Part shown: one piece after another, positions 10,343 to 23,451 of the stretch | How positions within the stretch are numbered: the first letter of the stretch is position 1 | How the letters are laid out: each line of letters starts with the position of its first letter | Source: Octopus bimaculoides | Lineage: Eukaryota | Direction: 5' to 3' | Assembly: GCF_001194135.2 (NCBI RefSeq) | Contig: NC_068984.1 | Coordinates: 123,114,700-123,178,699, forward strand | DNA length: 64,000 nucleotides | Notes under the pieces: model-generated | The model's database searches: none | What the model was told of the DNA's origin: nothing | The model's input: only the letters and a program-made list of their open reading frames with translations | Program-made: the position numbers and the translations under genes

Positions 10343-12456
10343 AATTTCCTACATTTATTTTTTTTTATACACAAATATTACCTGTACTGCAGATAGTCCT
10401 AAATACTTATTTCTATGTTCAAAGCTAAATGAACTGGGCTACTGCTGGTATTGTGCCACCACCACAAACATTTCTATTCAATTTCTCCTGCTCTTCATAA
10501 GAATTGGTAAGAGAACAAATACAGCACTTCCACTAAACTCAGGTTCTTTTGAAATCAAAATGTGTGTATACATTCTCACCCATCCGTTTCATGGTCTTCC
10601 ATTTGTCACCTTTAAAGAGGAACCTAATCTACACTTAAACTATTAAAATGTTAAATCGATTGTTCAATAGCTCGAGTTCACTTAAGGGTCGCATATTTCT
10701 AGGAAGAATGAGATGGAGGAACTTCTTGCAGTATATCCAGGAAATATTGCACTCCATTTTCCAGCACTAAGCATCAACGATGGCTATTAATTACCAGAAA
10801 AGTTAAAGCTAAAATAACCAAATGGCTGCATCAGTGTAACATGATAGAAAATCAGTGATCCGAATATATAACTTAATTAAAATCAAATTTCAAGTCCTCC
10901 CCCCCAGTTGGGACACATGAAATTCCTATACATTTTAATGGTAGAGATGGACTATATGTAATCTGAACCTTTCCACCCCCTTATTTATTAATTTTTTTTA
11001 CGGAATCCCACGTTTTAGGCTATGGAGATTCCGATTCTGAAGAAAAAAATCTCAAAAACTAAAACTAAACCTACGACACCTTTATATCTAAGTGGTGCCC
11101 ACCAAAGTACGTAAAGAAAAAAAAAAAAAAAAAAAAAAACAACTCCGTATTAAACTAGACTACCCAGTTGTCTCTAATATTAATAGAAGAGTCTGGCTAA
11201 TTTGAAACCACTTACAATACTAGTGGCATAAGCGTTTGGGGATAATTCTTTTAGTACTATTTGTACGCAAGATATTTATCACTATTCGACAGAAAATTCT
11301 TGCAGAGAGGCGCCACATCCCGCTTTATCACACTTCCCCGTAAAAAAATTTCAGATTTCCTATTGCAATTTTCGGAGAAAAAACTCGAATTTTTGATTTT
11401 CTCCCAACCCCCTTATGTTTTAAATTTACCATTTTCGAAATTTATTTTGGTGGCACCACAGTTGAAACTATGGAAATTATGATTCTAAAAATAATCAAAA
11501 TTTCAAAAACTATAACTTTCCACTTGCAATTTGTGAGAGGAAAAAGACAAAGAATGTCAGAAAGTTTCTCATATTACTAAGAAATTTTAGTGGCAACATG
11601 CAACGGCCAAGTAACAATTTACGTAATTTCGGAAACGTTGTTTAAACTCGTACTCATTATATGGCATGGTCTATATTCTATTTAAATCGTGAAAAAGACA
11701 AACTTATAACTTACGAAAGTTTCGTTATATTGTTCCTTATACAGTCCCGTAAACTAACACAAGTATGATGTGTAAAAATATAACGTGAATAGAAAAATTA
11801 AATAAATGTGCAGCTGGAAGTGAGATTTTAATAGCACATGGTATGAGATGATTTCTCAGCTGCGACAGCAATAACACATATGAAGCATGATATTACGACT
11901 GATATAATCCAACTTAAAGACGCTCCAACCAAGACAATCTTGTCTCGAGGAAAATTTGACCTGTTTCTTCCATTAAGATTTTTTTTAATGTTCAATCTGG
12001 GGCAACTTCGCCTTTATTCATACAAAATATTTCTAGGACTTAAATTACCCAATGCGTCCTTACTTCTCAGATGGGACATGATAGAAATTTGGGCAGTAGT
12101 CTAATTAATGATAAACTTCTTATACAGTAATGTATAATCATTTCGTAACTAAGTCATAATCCTAGAATCAAAAATATAAAATAACCTACATGCTTTCTAT
12201 TTACAATTAAAATATATAAATTTAAAATGACTAACCGAATCTCACGCACATAGACTCCATGCTTGAGAAGAAATTACTCCACGTGAAGAAAGTCAATCAT
12301 CTAACGGACTGGCTGGCGAATGATATGGGGTATTATTTACATTATAAGATACATAACTAAGTCGACAACAGAATAAATCAACAAACAGATATAAAATTAA
12401 CATTATATACAATATTAAACAAGCATTTAGAACAATTTTAGTCGGAGAAAGCTTAC

Positions 12457-12498
12457 CTGCAATGTAGTGCAATGGCGGATTCCGACTGAAAGGAAGAA
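12457..12498 (-). promoter_or_regulatory. RPS27A: Predicted RPS27A non-coding exon 1 starting with TCT/5'TOP pyrimidine tract
   Basis: Minus strand reads TTC(+1)TTCCTTTCAGTCGGAATCCGCCATTGCACTACATTGCAG|GTAAGC. This is an oligopyrimidine start plus a strong donor upstream of the first coding exon, typical of ribosomal-protein genes. Its link to RPS27A is inferred. Confidence 0.75.
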
Positions 12499-13451
12499 TG
12501 CCTCGTTTTAACTAAGAACAACCACGTGATCAAGATAGAACTCTTACTCTCGAAACAAAACGTTTCATTTTTTTTATGTATTTGCCACTCATTTATTATC
12601 ATTAAAGTTTTTTTTAATAGGGTATTTTTATATTGTAAATATTTTGAAATAATATCGTAAACACATACGCTTTCATTTTGTTGATTCGTTACATATACAA
12701 AAAAATTATTCTCCCTTATTAATGCAACGTGTGTGCGTGTGCGCGTTAATGCTATCCGAAAAGTCCTCCGAACAGTTAAGAAGAGACTATTTTCGTCATG
12801 ATAATTTTCATGGCGGTTGTACAAAATTAAATCACTCAGGCTTTTAACTTGAAATGATATGAACACTGCTTGATGTCGGCAACTCGACAAACTGGAGCCC
12901 AGCATCGAACAGCTCTAAAAAAAAGACCACACGAAAAGGGTTCTCGTAACAGGTTTAGTGAGAGCTGCATTTTCTGGGAAAAATACCCCATAAATATATA
13001 TCTCCAACACAACATTGACTTTGAAGTGAGGAAGTCTGTTATCTAATCTAAGTTGCCTGAGGCACTAATTTCCATTAGTTACTGGCTAGTGTCACTTCGT
13101 ATTTCCCTTAGCAGACCCTCTATTTCACGTTACTGAATAATTATGCACCAAGTCGGCTATCGGATAGTCAGGATAAAGACTTCTATCAAACATTAGATAG
13201 AACACTGAATAGAAGAGCCAAACAAGATTAAGTTATCCTCATGGTTGATTAATGTGCAAATAAAGGAATTTAAATAAAAAAAAAACATGTTTATACTACA
13301 GGTGTATGGTGTTTGTAAACGTGAGCACGACCTCACCTTTCCCAGCACCATCTTTCAGTATAATGTACATAAATATTTCATAAATAGATCTAAGATTGAA
13401 ACACTGACATCGTTGTCTGGTAGATAGGACTGAAAGATGTTTTGCTCACAT

Positions 13452-13866
13452 CTTTATCTTTTATCTTTTACTTGCTTCAATCATAAGACTGGCCATGCTG
13501 GTGCACTGCCTTGAAGAAGTTTTAGTTGAATGAATCAACTCCAGTAATTATTCTTTTTTTTTTAAGCCTGGTACTTATTTTTATCTGTCTCTTTTACCAA
13601 ACTGCTAATTAACAGGGATGTAAACATACCAAAACTGGTTGACAAGCAGTGGTGGCAGACAGACACAAAGACATACACATATATATAAGATGGACTTCTT
13701 TCTGTTTCTGTCTCCCAAATCCACTCACAAGTCTATTTTAGGAGCCTGAAGCTATAGTACAAGATAGTTGCCTAAGGTGTGGAGAAATATACACTTATAG
13801 AGCGAAACAAAAGCCCTTACAAATATGTGGTTGAAAAGCAAACGTTTTACCACACAGCCACACCTG
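13452..13866 (-). mobile_element. tRNA-derived SINE family X (near full-length)
   Basis: Head GGTGTGGCTGTGTGGTAAAAC..., internal (TG)n/(TA)n, tail (TAAAAGA)n. Other copies or fragments at ~17158-17460(-), 24150-24295(-), 24335-24630(+), 29738-30097(-), 32395-32555(+), 34705-34850(-) and 35040-35200(+). Confidence 0.75.
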
Positions 13867-14319
13867 CATCTACATGTGTATTGAAAGGAACTGGAGATCA
13901 GATAGACCATTCCATAATGCTAACATTTGTACTCCTTACAGCATTTAAGAGGATCAACAGCTGCAAGCTATTCAGTCCTGATATTTGTAAGAGCTTTTGT
14001 TATTCTTCAGCTCTAAGTTAAAAGCTTCAGGCTTCAGAGACAGCTTTCACCTCAGAGGTTACATATGACAAATGGCCTTCCTTAAGCTCCATACTTATGA
14101 TTCTTTTGCCAAAACTAGATGATTCAAGACAGAATCTAAAAAAACGAAAGTCAAAAATAGTTTGACGAGAACACCTGCAGCACAACTGGTAACCCCTGAA
14201 TGAAATATGCAAGTTCAACAGAGCAACTCTGAACAATCCCTCATTGCACACACACACAAAAAGCAGTGGCAAACTCTACAAGGTGAGACTCAATCCTTAC
14301 ATTTGCTGAAAAATGAAGG

Positions 14320-16200
14320 GTGAATTGCAAAAGCTTAAGAAATCAGATACCTGCCAACCTGTATGACTTGCAATTTCTGTGATGCAATAGAAACTTTATG
14401 GCTTTACACCATCAGTCAAATCATCTGAAAGCAAGTTTATTTTGATTGACCAGTCCTCAATAGTGGATCACTGGAGAAAACATTTCAACCAACCCCTAAG
14501 CCAGATATCAGGCAGTCATGGAGGAATTCATGAAAGCACTATTATTTCATAATGATGGCTTGCCTTGGAGAGCTCCCAATTATACTGAAGTTCATGTTGC
14601 CAGAACATCAAAAAGCTAGAAATCTTCTTGGCTGTATAACATTCTAATAGAGATCTTGAAAGAGGGTGGTTACTTCTGTACAAGAGAGCTTCATTGCTGT
14701 ATTTGGAAACATAGAGTATGTGCATCAACATTAGAAGGATGCTAACATTGTCACCGTCTGTAAAACAAAGAAGACAAACCTGTTTAATATAACAAAAGGG
14801 TTATAGCAATCCTGTCCATTGCTTGGAAGATCCTTACCAAAGTCAACTTCAAAAGGCTACTTAAATCAGTGTCCAAAAGACATTACACCAGGATCACAAT
14901 CCAGTTTTTGCAGGGTTCAAGAATTACTTGATATTGTGGCAGATACTGGTGTCGCACAACTGGCACCTGTGCCAGTGGCATGCAAAAGTACCCATTACAC
15001 TCTTGGAGTGGCTGGCATTAGGAAGGGCATCCAGCTGTAGAAAACATACCAAATCAGACTTGAGCCTGGTGCAGCCCCTCAACTTACCAGCCATGGTCAA
15101 ACTGTCCAGTCCATGTCATCATGAACAATGGATGTTAAATGATGATGATCTTCACTACATAGGAGCTCCAAAGAGTAATATCAGGATCTGATCTTTCCAT
15201 TTGTGAATATGTCAAAGGCATTTGATAATGTAAATAGAGAGCTTGTGTGATGTTCTCAGAAAGTTTGGTTGCTGTCCAAATTTGTGAAACTCTTCTGCTA
15301 GTTCCACACTAGGACGATGATTTATATCGCTATTGGACAGCAAAAATCCGTGTCCCTCAGTATAAAAACCAGTGTTAGACATAAGTACTGACTACTGTAC
15401 CATTAAATATTTTCTTTATCTGTATGACTTCTCTGTTATGCATAAGGCTGAAAACAGATAGGAGTCACTATTAACTACTAATTCAACATAAACATTTTTG
15501 ACATCCAAAGCTGCTGGCCCCTGCTAAGCTCAGCTCCAATCAAGTCCTTGAATTACAGTTATGCTGGTGGTTGTTTTCTAGTAGCTCATGCTCTAGAGAT
15601 GCTATGGACCATCATCGCAGTGGCTGTTCACAGCATGAATGACAGTTATTGTCCAGAAATCTTAAGTCATCTGTCAATGGCACACTGCAACCAGTGCTGT
15701 CTTAAACCATGGATATACTGGGNNNNNNNNNNTCACAGAGCTACAGACCCAATTCTTATCTATGAATACTGTAGTTTGCTACCAGTAAATAACTACCTAT
15801 AATGTTGCTAAGGTGACCTTGACTGCAACACACTTTCCCTCATCTTTCTCTGCACAACAGCAATAACTAGCTACACCTATCCAATCCAGATACTTATGCT
15901 TCATCAATCATTTTCAATACACACTGAACAAGAAGGTTTTAAACTGCTTCAGACTGGCCTCTGCATAGCAGAATAGTGTTTCTTCTCTCCCGTATTGGTG
16001 TATGACACAGACCTCATACATCCAACACATTAAGACTTTGGTGACCTTTAACATCTAGTAGCTCCAGAAGATCCTTTCAACCACTCAGTGAAATTATATT
16101 ATTCACAGAAAACCTCTGTTGAATTCTCACTATACGCATTATCTTGCACTATCTTGAACTGGAATGAGATGATTTGGCACATTCATCCTGTTTTAAAAAC
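14320..16200 (+). mobile_element. Old, highly degenerate RTE (BovB-like) RT remnant with a nested LINE 3' end at ~14945-15150
   Basis: Residual motifs resembling KDA-IVT--K-K, GI--LS-AGKILTK and KAFDNVNRE are scattered over several frames. Boundaries are approximate. Confidence 0.6.
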
Positions 16201-18214
16201 AGTACTTTTTGGTACTAGAGATGAAATGTTGCTAAGCATTTTGTCCCGCATGCTAACAATTCTGCTAGCTCACTGCCTAAAGTTCAGAGAAATATTACCT
16301 TTGTTAATAACAGAGGTACTCTCTTTTTGAGTGAAAGCAAATTGTATGATACTAATATATGAACTGTGGTGCTGCATGGTAGTGAGACACAACCCTTGCT
16401 CTGGCACTCCATCACTGTCCTCTTTTATCTCCTTTCCAACTATTCCCATCCAACCCTATATAATGTGGGGTAGCCATGACACCTGTGGTTGTCCTCTTAC
16501 CATACTTTAGCTCTTCAAACACCCGGCATAAAGCCACCTTCTCCTCTTAAAAACTTCCTGTCACTTAGTAGCAGGAGCTTTTTCATTTTCCTTTTTCCCT
16601 GTTCTTTTTCTGTCTTGCAAGTTACTTAACAACCTCACTAGTGCTGGTGACATGTAAAAGCATTCAGTATACACTGTAATGTGGTTGGCATTAGGAATGA
16701 TATCCAGCTGTAGAAATTGTAGCATGTGGTTATGACAAAGGCTTGGTGTCAGTTTATATATATTAATTCTATGTTTTATAAGGCTTTATGAGTATACAGA
16801 GTCAATTTTATATTAAGATTGTATTTTACATGTATTGAAGGTCTTCAACAGATAACTGATAATTTAGCTGGTCTTTTATGTCTCTGCAAAAATATATGGC
16901 CGTGTTGATTTTTTATCATCTCTGATTTGGTTTAGAGCTGTGAAAATAGCTATTAGGAAAATTGTGCTGGTTTGTCTGGAGGTAAAACTTCATGAATGAG
17001 ATGATGACTGCAACAAGTGGTAAGATGCTGTGTTGAAGAAGACTCATCCAATCCATGCAGAAGTACAAAAATGGATGTAAAGTGATGATGATGATGATGC
17101 TATTTCAGCTATAAATTATTGTCTGATTAAAAGATCAGTCAGTCTATCAATAATTACCTTTTACTTGTTTCATTCATTAGACTGTGACCATTCTGGGGCA
17201 CTGACTTGAAGAATTTTAGTTGAGTGAAACGACCCCTGTACTTATTTTCTTTTAAGCCTGGCACTTATTCTATAAGTCTCTTTTGCTAAACCACTAAGTT
17301 ACGGAGATGTACACATACCAACACTGGTTGTCAAGCAATGGAGGGGGACCACCAAAGACACACATACACACATGCATGCATGCATACATACAAATATATG
17401 TATATATATATAATAGGCTTTCAGTTTCTGTCAGCAAAATCCACCCACAAGGTTTTGGCCAGCCTAAAGGTATCACACAATTTTGGGGGAGGGGCCAGTT
17501 GATTAGATCAACCCAGTACGCAACTGGTACTTAATTTATCGACCCCAGTAGGATGAAAGGCAAAGTTGACCGCGTGTCCTGTGTATAATGACAGCATAAT
17601 GAAATTATACAAGATGATTAAGATGATACTGTCTGCTTCGAAATTTTCCTCAACTTAACCAAAACTGAAGAGAAAAGTTGTTTTGAAATGCTTTCAAAAG
17701 ATTAAAATTAGTTAATTTGCATTGATTAATGTATCAAATTTTTAAATAAGTCAAAAGTATTAAATCACAAAATATGATAGGCAAATTAAACTAGTTCAGT
17801 CAAAGCCAAGAGGGAGCTTCTACATGATCAATCACCTCACTAGAAATAGCAGCAAAATCTTACGTAAGTTACACCCGACTAACTTATAAAACTGAATAAC
17901 CCAATGGATGATGTAGATCAGTTCTTCTCTGTCTCTTTATTAATAGGAAAACACTACGATTATGCATCCATATAATTCTTCGTCCTTCGGTATGGGGTTG
18001 GACACGTTTAAAATCATACGCCTTAATTAAGCAGAAATTTGACCGTCCTCTTTTCAATCAATCCCACAGGTCACTTTAACGTTAGACGACATTCGAGGGC
18101 TCGGCAATTTCTTGTTGAAAAATCACATCGATAATTTGTTTATAGCAATCAAATGCTCGTGTTCATTTAAGGTCACTCCCTCCATCAAATCGACATTACC
18201 TGTACAGGTGCACC

Positions 18215-18365
18215 ATGTGCCACATGTCAGATGACGAAATGATCGTAGAACAACATGAAATAATGTGCTTTACTCAAGAAGACAACACAACGCCCGGTCT
18301 CTGAATCGAAATCACGATCTCGCAATCGTGAGTGCAACACCCAAACCACTAAGCCATGCGCTTTC
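18215..18365 (-). mobile_element. tRNA-derived SINE family Z fragment
   Basis: Head GCGCATGGCTTAGTGGTTTGGGTGTTGCACTCACGAT...GATTTCGATTC (A and B boxes). A related copy lies at ~20922-21150(+). Confidence 0.6.
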
Positions 18366-18379
18366 ACCCGCACGCGCGC

Positions 18380-18421
<42 letters not shown>

Positions 18422-19051
18422 GAAAAAAACAGGACGATCACGAGTGAAATGTTTTGATCATAGGTCAGTTGGATCAGAGCCGATGTGGAGCTACGAAGCC
18501 ACACCTACAAAATCAATCATTTTAAATTTATATTTTTCAAATTAGATGGTTATGGGCTCGTTCTTCTATTTAGGATACAATCCAGACCTCTGAACACACA
18601 CAGCAATTTATATTTATTCGAGAGTATAAAGTTCTAATTGTTTAGATAAGGTCGAATACGTAGGTATACACACATGACAGTCAGATAGTATCACTTGTCA
18701 TTAATGATTATCGTATTTTTCAGACATCGCATTATTATGAAATATAATAGATTAATGCAAGATTTACTGCTTATATATGGAAAAGTAATCACTTCTTTTA
18801 TCTAGCAGTTTTATATATCTTTATAGTGGGAGGTAATTCTGCTCGAAATCAAGGTTCGCTTATATTAATTATTATTAAATGTGCATGTATAATGATGAAT
18901 GAATATAGAAATTAATATTTTTTGTGAAGGAAATATAAATTATACTAAAAGAAATATATATCAGTGAAATTCATTTCATAAACACAAAAAATAAAACAAA
19001 TCTATTGAAATTAATGTAACTAGCAGACGACTTTGTACAGTTTCCTGTGTA

Positions 19052-19172
19052 ATGGCGGCGAAAGTGAAGCCATCCCGGCTGGAGGCTGAAATTGAGAAAT
19101 GTAGGGCCGAATGCAGCTGGCAAAGGGCTTTAGAATTTGTCAGACAACTTGTTCACAAGTCTCCAGGTTTTG
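19052..19172 (+). CDS. TTC7: TTC7/TTC7B-like coding exon 1
   Basis: Encodes MAAKVKPSRLEAEIEKCRAECSWQRALEFVRQLVHKSPGF, matching the TTC7B N-terminus (SRLETEIERCRSECQW). 121 nt, then gtaagt. Confidence 0.95.
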
Positions 19173-19858
19173 GTAAGTCAAGTCTTTTCAATCCAGATTT
19201 TTTCTTTGCTGTTTTTTTCCGTTTTCACTTCCTTTGACTTTTATTGCAGTAGTGGCTTTTAACGCAAATGCCACATCAAGGAAGTTTCCTTCTCACATCT
19301 GTTGGATTTTCCTTCTTGTAATATATGAAACACCTATTCAACAGACATCGTAGCAGTAGAGATATTATGGATTCATGCCAAGTTTATTGTAACCATTGAT
19401 ATTCATGCTGTAAACTTAAAAGCTTTAGTGTACATACGAGGGGGCGAGCGTTGTTGAGCGATAGGTAACAGCACGGTCGGAACAAATCCGCGATACTGTT
19501 TCGATACCTGATCGAAGACTATTTCATTGCCTTCTGATTACACTTCTAATATTCCTGTCAAAGGCACGAATGCCATAACTTTCAACTGTACTTCTTTGAT
19601 GCCTAAGATCTATGTAGCTGATAATAAAAGAATACCCCAATATATGTTTACATGAGTGTCAAGTGCTGTAAAGTAGGATGTAAACTCTCGGTGAGTGGGT
19701 GTCCACGTTACTGTTTCGATGTCAAGTCGATGCTATTTTCTTTCCGTTGACGCTGGTAAGTGCTTTTCGGACAGATCCAAATGCCACAAGAATCCTATTT
19801 CCTCATCTCCATAAATAGTTAGACTATCTGCTAATACAAGAAATCAATAAATTTCAGC

Positions 19859-19861
<3 letters not shown>

Positions 19862-19932
<71 letters not shown>
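19862..19932. repeat. (TA)n microsatellite, representative of many (TA)n, (CA)n, (GA)n and (CAT)n tracts
   Basis: Direct reading. Other tracts include (GA)n ~33900-33995, (CA)n ~35940-36037, (CAT)n ~48535-48635, (TA)n ~49220-49302 and (TG)n ~62975-63008. Confidence 0.97.
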
Positions 19933-19938
<6 letters not shown>

Positions 19939-20529
19939 TACATTGCATAGTGGTTGGTCGGCTTATATTATGCATTTATATGGTCATTGTAAACTTTTTC
20001 GATCGCAAATTGTTTCTGGACACACATGCATGCTGGCATCCATCCATCTACACACACAGATGTATACACATGTAACGTGTGTGTGTGTGCTGTCTTAATG
20101 TATCGCCATGAATCAGTGATATATAAATGTAACAATTAGATCCATAACAAGAAGTTATATAATCATTTCTCTTCTCGCTCCCTGACCGCTGTTGTCCATT
20201 AACCTAGTTCTTTAAACGAGGTTAATGATCACAATCCCTTCCACACCCAAGTCATTGAGGTTTGTAGAAACGAACCCCTTGCGATTGGGAAGATAAATCG
20301 CAAACGAAGATCTATGATAAACTGTACAGTTCCTGTTGTTATTTAACATTTCAGTGCAGGGAGATCAAATATGATTTTTCATTCTGTTGATGTATACAAT
20401 TATACAGTCGACCAAATTGTAGTATGTATGATTATGCAGTACTGTTTACCTTACATATAAATAAACATACATCAGATGTTACATGTTACGTTTTGTACCA
20501 CAAAATAAACAAATCTCTTTCTCTCCTTC

Positions 20530-20560
<31 letters not shown>

Positions 20561-22559
20561 NNNNNNNNNNNNNNNNNNNNNNNNNNNNNNNNNNNNNNNN
20601 NNNNNNNNNNNNNNNNNNNNNNNNNNNNNNNNNNNNNNNNNNNNNNNNNNNNNNNNNNNNNNNNNNNNNNNNNNNNNNNNNNNNNNNNNNNNNNNNNNNN
20701 NNNNNNNNNNNNNNNNNNNNNNNNNNNNNNNNNNNNNNNNNNNNNNNNNNNNNNNNNNNNNNNNNNNNNNNNNNNNNNNNNNNNNNNNATATATAATACC
20801 TTTTCACACACACACACATTTGTGTTATATATTTACTATGGATTGCTTGAAGCTAACTTTCTTCCTACACCTCGATCCTTAGATCTTATATATATATATA
20901 AAGATCTTATATATATATAAAGTGTGGAGGCACATGGCTTAATGGTTAGTGTGTTGCACCCCTGATTACAAGATTTCTGGACCAGGTAATGCTTTGTGTT
21001 CTTGAGCAATATGTTTTATTTCATGTTGCTCAAGTTCACTTATTTACTAAAAATGTGTAACCTTGTAAAGGACTGGTGTCCCATTCATTGGGGTAATATA
21101 TATGTTACAGAATCTGATAAACTGGCCTTATGAACCTATCGCTTGGGAGGGATCATTGATCCTTTTCAAATATATATATTCACAAGAGCACGAGGCCTAC
21201 TGGTTAGGGTGTTACAGTCACAGTCATGAGATTATAGTTTCAATAACTAGATGTTCTGCAATCACTTTGACATCTAACAGCTGGTACATTATGTATCTGT
21301 AAAGGCAGTGTCAGTTTGATGGAGAGAGTAAGCTAATGTGTAGCACAAACATTTGATCTCTATGAACAAATTGTCTGAAGAATTTGTTCAGCAAGGTGCT
21401 GAACCCTCATCTCTTGTCTACCCCACTCCCCCATATATAGTCAGTACTTGGGCTTGAGGTTAATAAGTTTGAACATAGATCTGTATTTTTTTGTATTTAG
21501 AGAGCATTTTTATGTAAATAGCTTAGAGGAGGGGCCTTTTAGGGCATCAATATCTGTGGGAGGAAGTTTTTTTCAGATTAGAGATCTGGCCTAAATACTT
21601 GCGAAAAAGTGGACTCTGTTATAGGAATTCAGTGGCTGATGGATTGTCTACCACCAAATTTTACACCCCTTTGTTCAACTTGTTATCACAAATAGGTACT
21701 GTATCATTCTAGACTTTATGCCATAAAAGCTGGACCTAAACACTGGTCCTTAAGAGTTCTTTGCAGCTTAGGAAGTATTTAGAATGATAAATTCAAAGTT
21801 TTATCAAAACCCACTCTATATCTGATTGTGTTAATAGTAGCCTCCCAGTCATACAACAGCTTGGGTGTTTGTCAATAAATTTATCACCTCTTTGACATGT
21901 TTTTCTCCTTTAACCCTTTAGTATTTAAACTGGCCATATCTGGCACAAATATTCTACTTGTTTTATGTTCAAACTGGCCAGATGTGACCTCTCACACATA
22001 CACTACAATATCATTCTAGAATTTAACAGTTACCTCATCAAAATCTCAAAGCTGCAAGATATTGCATAATTGATTAAAGACATATGAATAAATAAGCATT
22101 ACTTTTGACAGAATAATGTGAACACTAAAGGGTTAGTGTGCTTCATCAACCATAATTAAGTGGATAAAGTATTTTGCTTTGTATCTAAAATTTTAAATGC
22201 TTCTAGTTTGCCATTAGTTCTTGTTATTGCTCAATGTAAGGTATTGATTTCATGGCTCATGTATGGTGATGGATATCCATTGTTTGACAATGTTGATTCT
22301 AAATTAACATAAAAGTGGCTGAGCATTTCACAGACACCCATAATGTAATTCTGAGATAGAATCAGTATGACACATTGTGTGAAAAGGGTTTATCTTTTGG
22401 GTCACAGGTCAATCCACCCATGACTTAATTTCTGTCACAAAGTATGGATTAACCCTGAAACCATAGAAATGATATTTGTTCAAGATGTTATGTTGAGCAT
22501 TCAAACCTGAGATTTTGTGGATGCAAAATAAATTTCTTAAAGGTTTGACTATACTCATC

Positions 22560-22910
22560 ATCATCCATCATTTTGAATCTGGATTTTGTCCCCGTTAACG
22601 GTGGGTGGGGGTGGGATGGTGGTGGCCAGATCTACCTCAATGCCATAGCAACTTCCCTCACACCATCTTGCCATCTTGCCAGGTTCTCAAACCAACCCTC
22701 CCCATCTTCTCCTCCACCTGTCTCTTCCACATTTTCCTCGGTCTGCCTTGCTTTTGCTGTCCCTTCACCTCAAACTCTAGCACCCTCCTCAGAATATGCT
22801 CCTCATCCCTCCTCAACACACACCCATACCACCATGCTCCATGTGCTCTTGCCAGCCATTCCACTGATTCCTCCAGCCCCAGCATCCCCATCAACAGAAA
22901 ATCCAGCTAC
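22560..22910 (-). mobile_element. 3' end of a second RTE-family LINE
   Basis: WYGCVLRRDEEHILRRVLEFEVKGQQKQGRPRKMW (RTE C-terminal GRP motif), followed by a (GAT)-rich tail. Confidence 0.75.
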
Positions 22911-23393
22911 AAAAAAGTCTCATGAAAGGATATACTATGCCTGTATATTGAAAAAAGTACTTGTAGATTTGTTAGGCAAAAATTGAAAGAAGTCCATTGC
23001 ATATAAATATATATCTATCCTTTCCATGCTGGCATTGAAAGCAGACATTAAATGATGATGATGATCTATTTCTATCTATCTGTCTATATATATATATATG
23101 ATTTCTACAATAATCTTATAAACTGACAAGGCAGGTTGAGTTTAACCCAAGATGCTAGGTGAGAGTCACTGAAGAGCATTAATATAAATGCGAAATCACT
23201 GTGATCTGGCTATTCCTAGGCACTGAGAGAGTTTGCATTACTTGTCAGTCATTAAGATAAGGTGCTCTTTGTGGCTATGAGTTGTTTTAACTCTTATTTC
23301 TAGCAATACTGGTGCTGACTAGTGCTCTCAGTCACTTTAGTGACGTATATGTTTCTGCCTTTCAGTTGTAAAATTGCAAACAAGCCACCCTTA

Positions 23394-23451
<58 letters not shown>

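Noticed and set aside
12066-12146. C/D-like motif pair (ATGATTA...CTGA) on the minus strand
   Set aside because: No terminal stem, no internal C'/D' boxes and no target. Expected by chance in AT-rich DNA.
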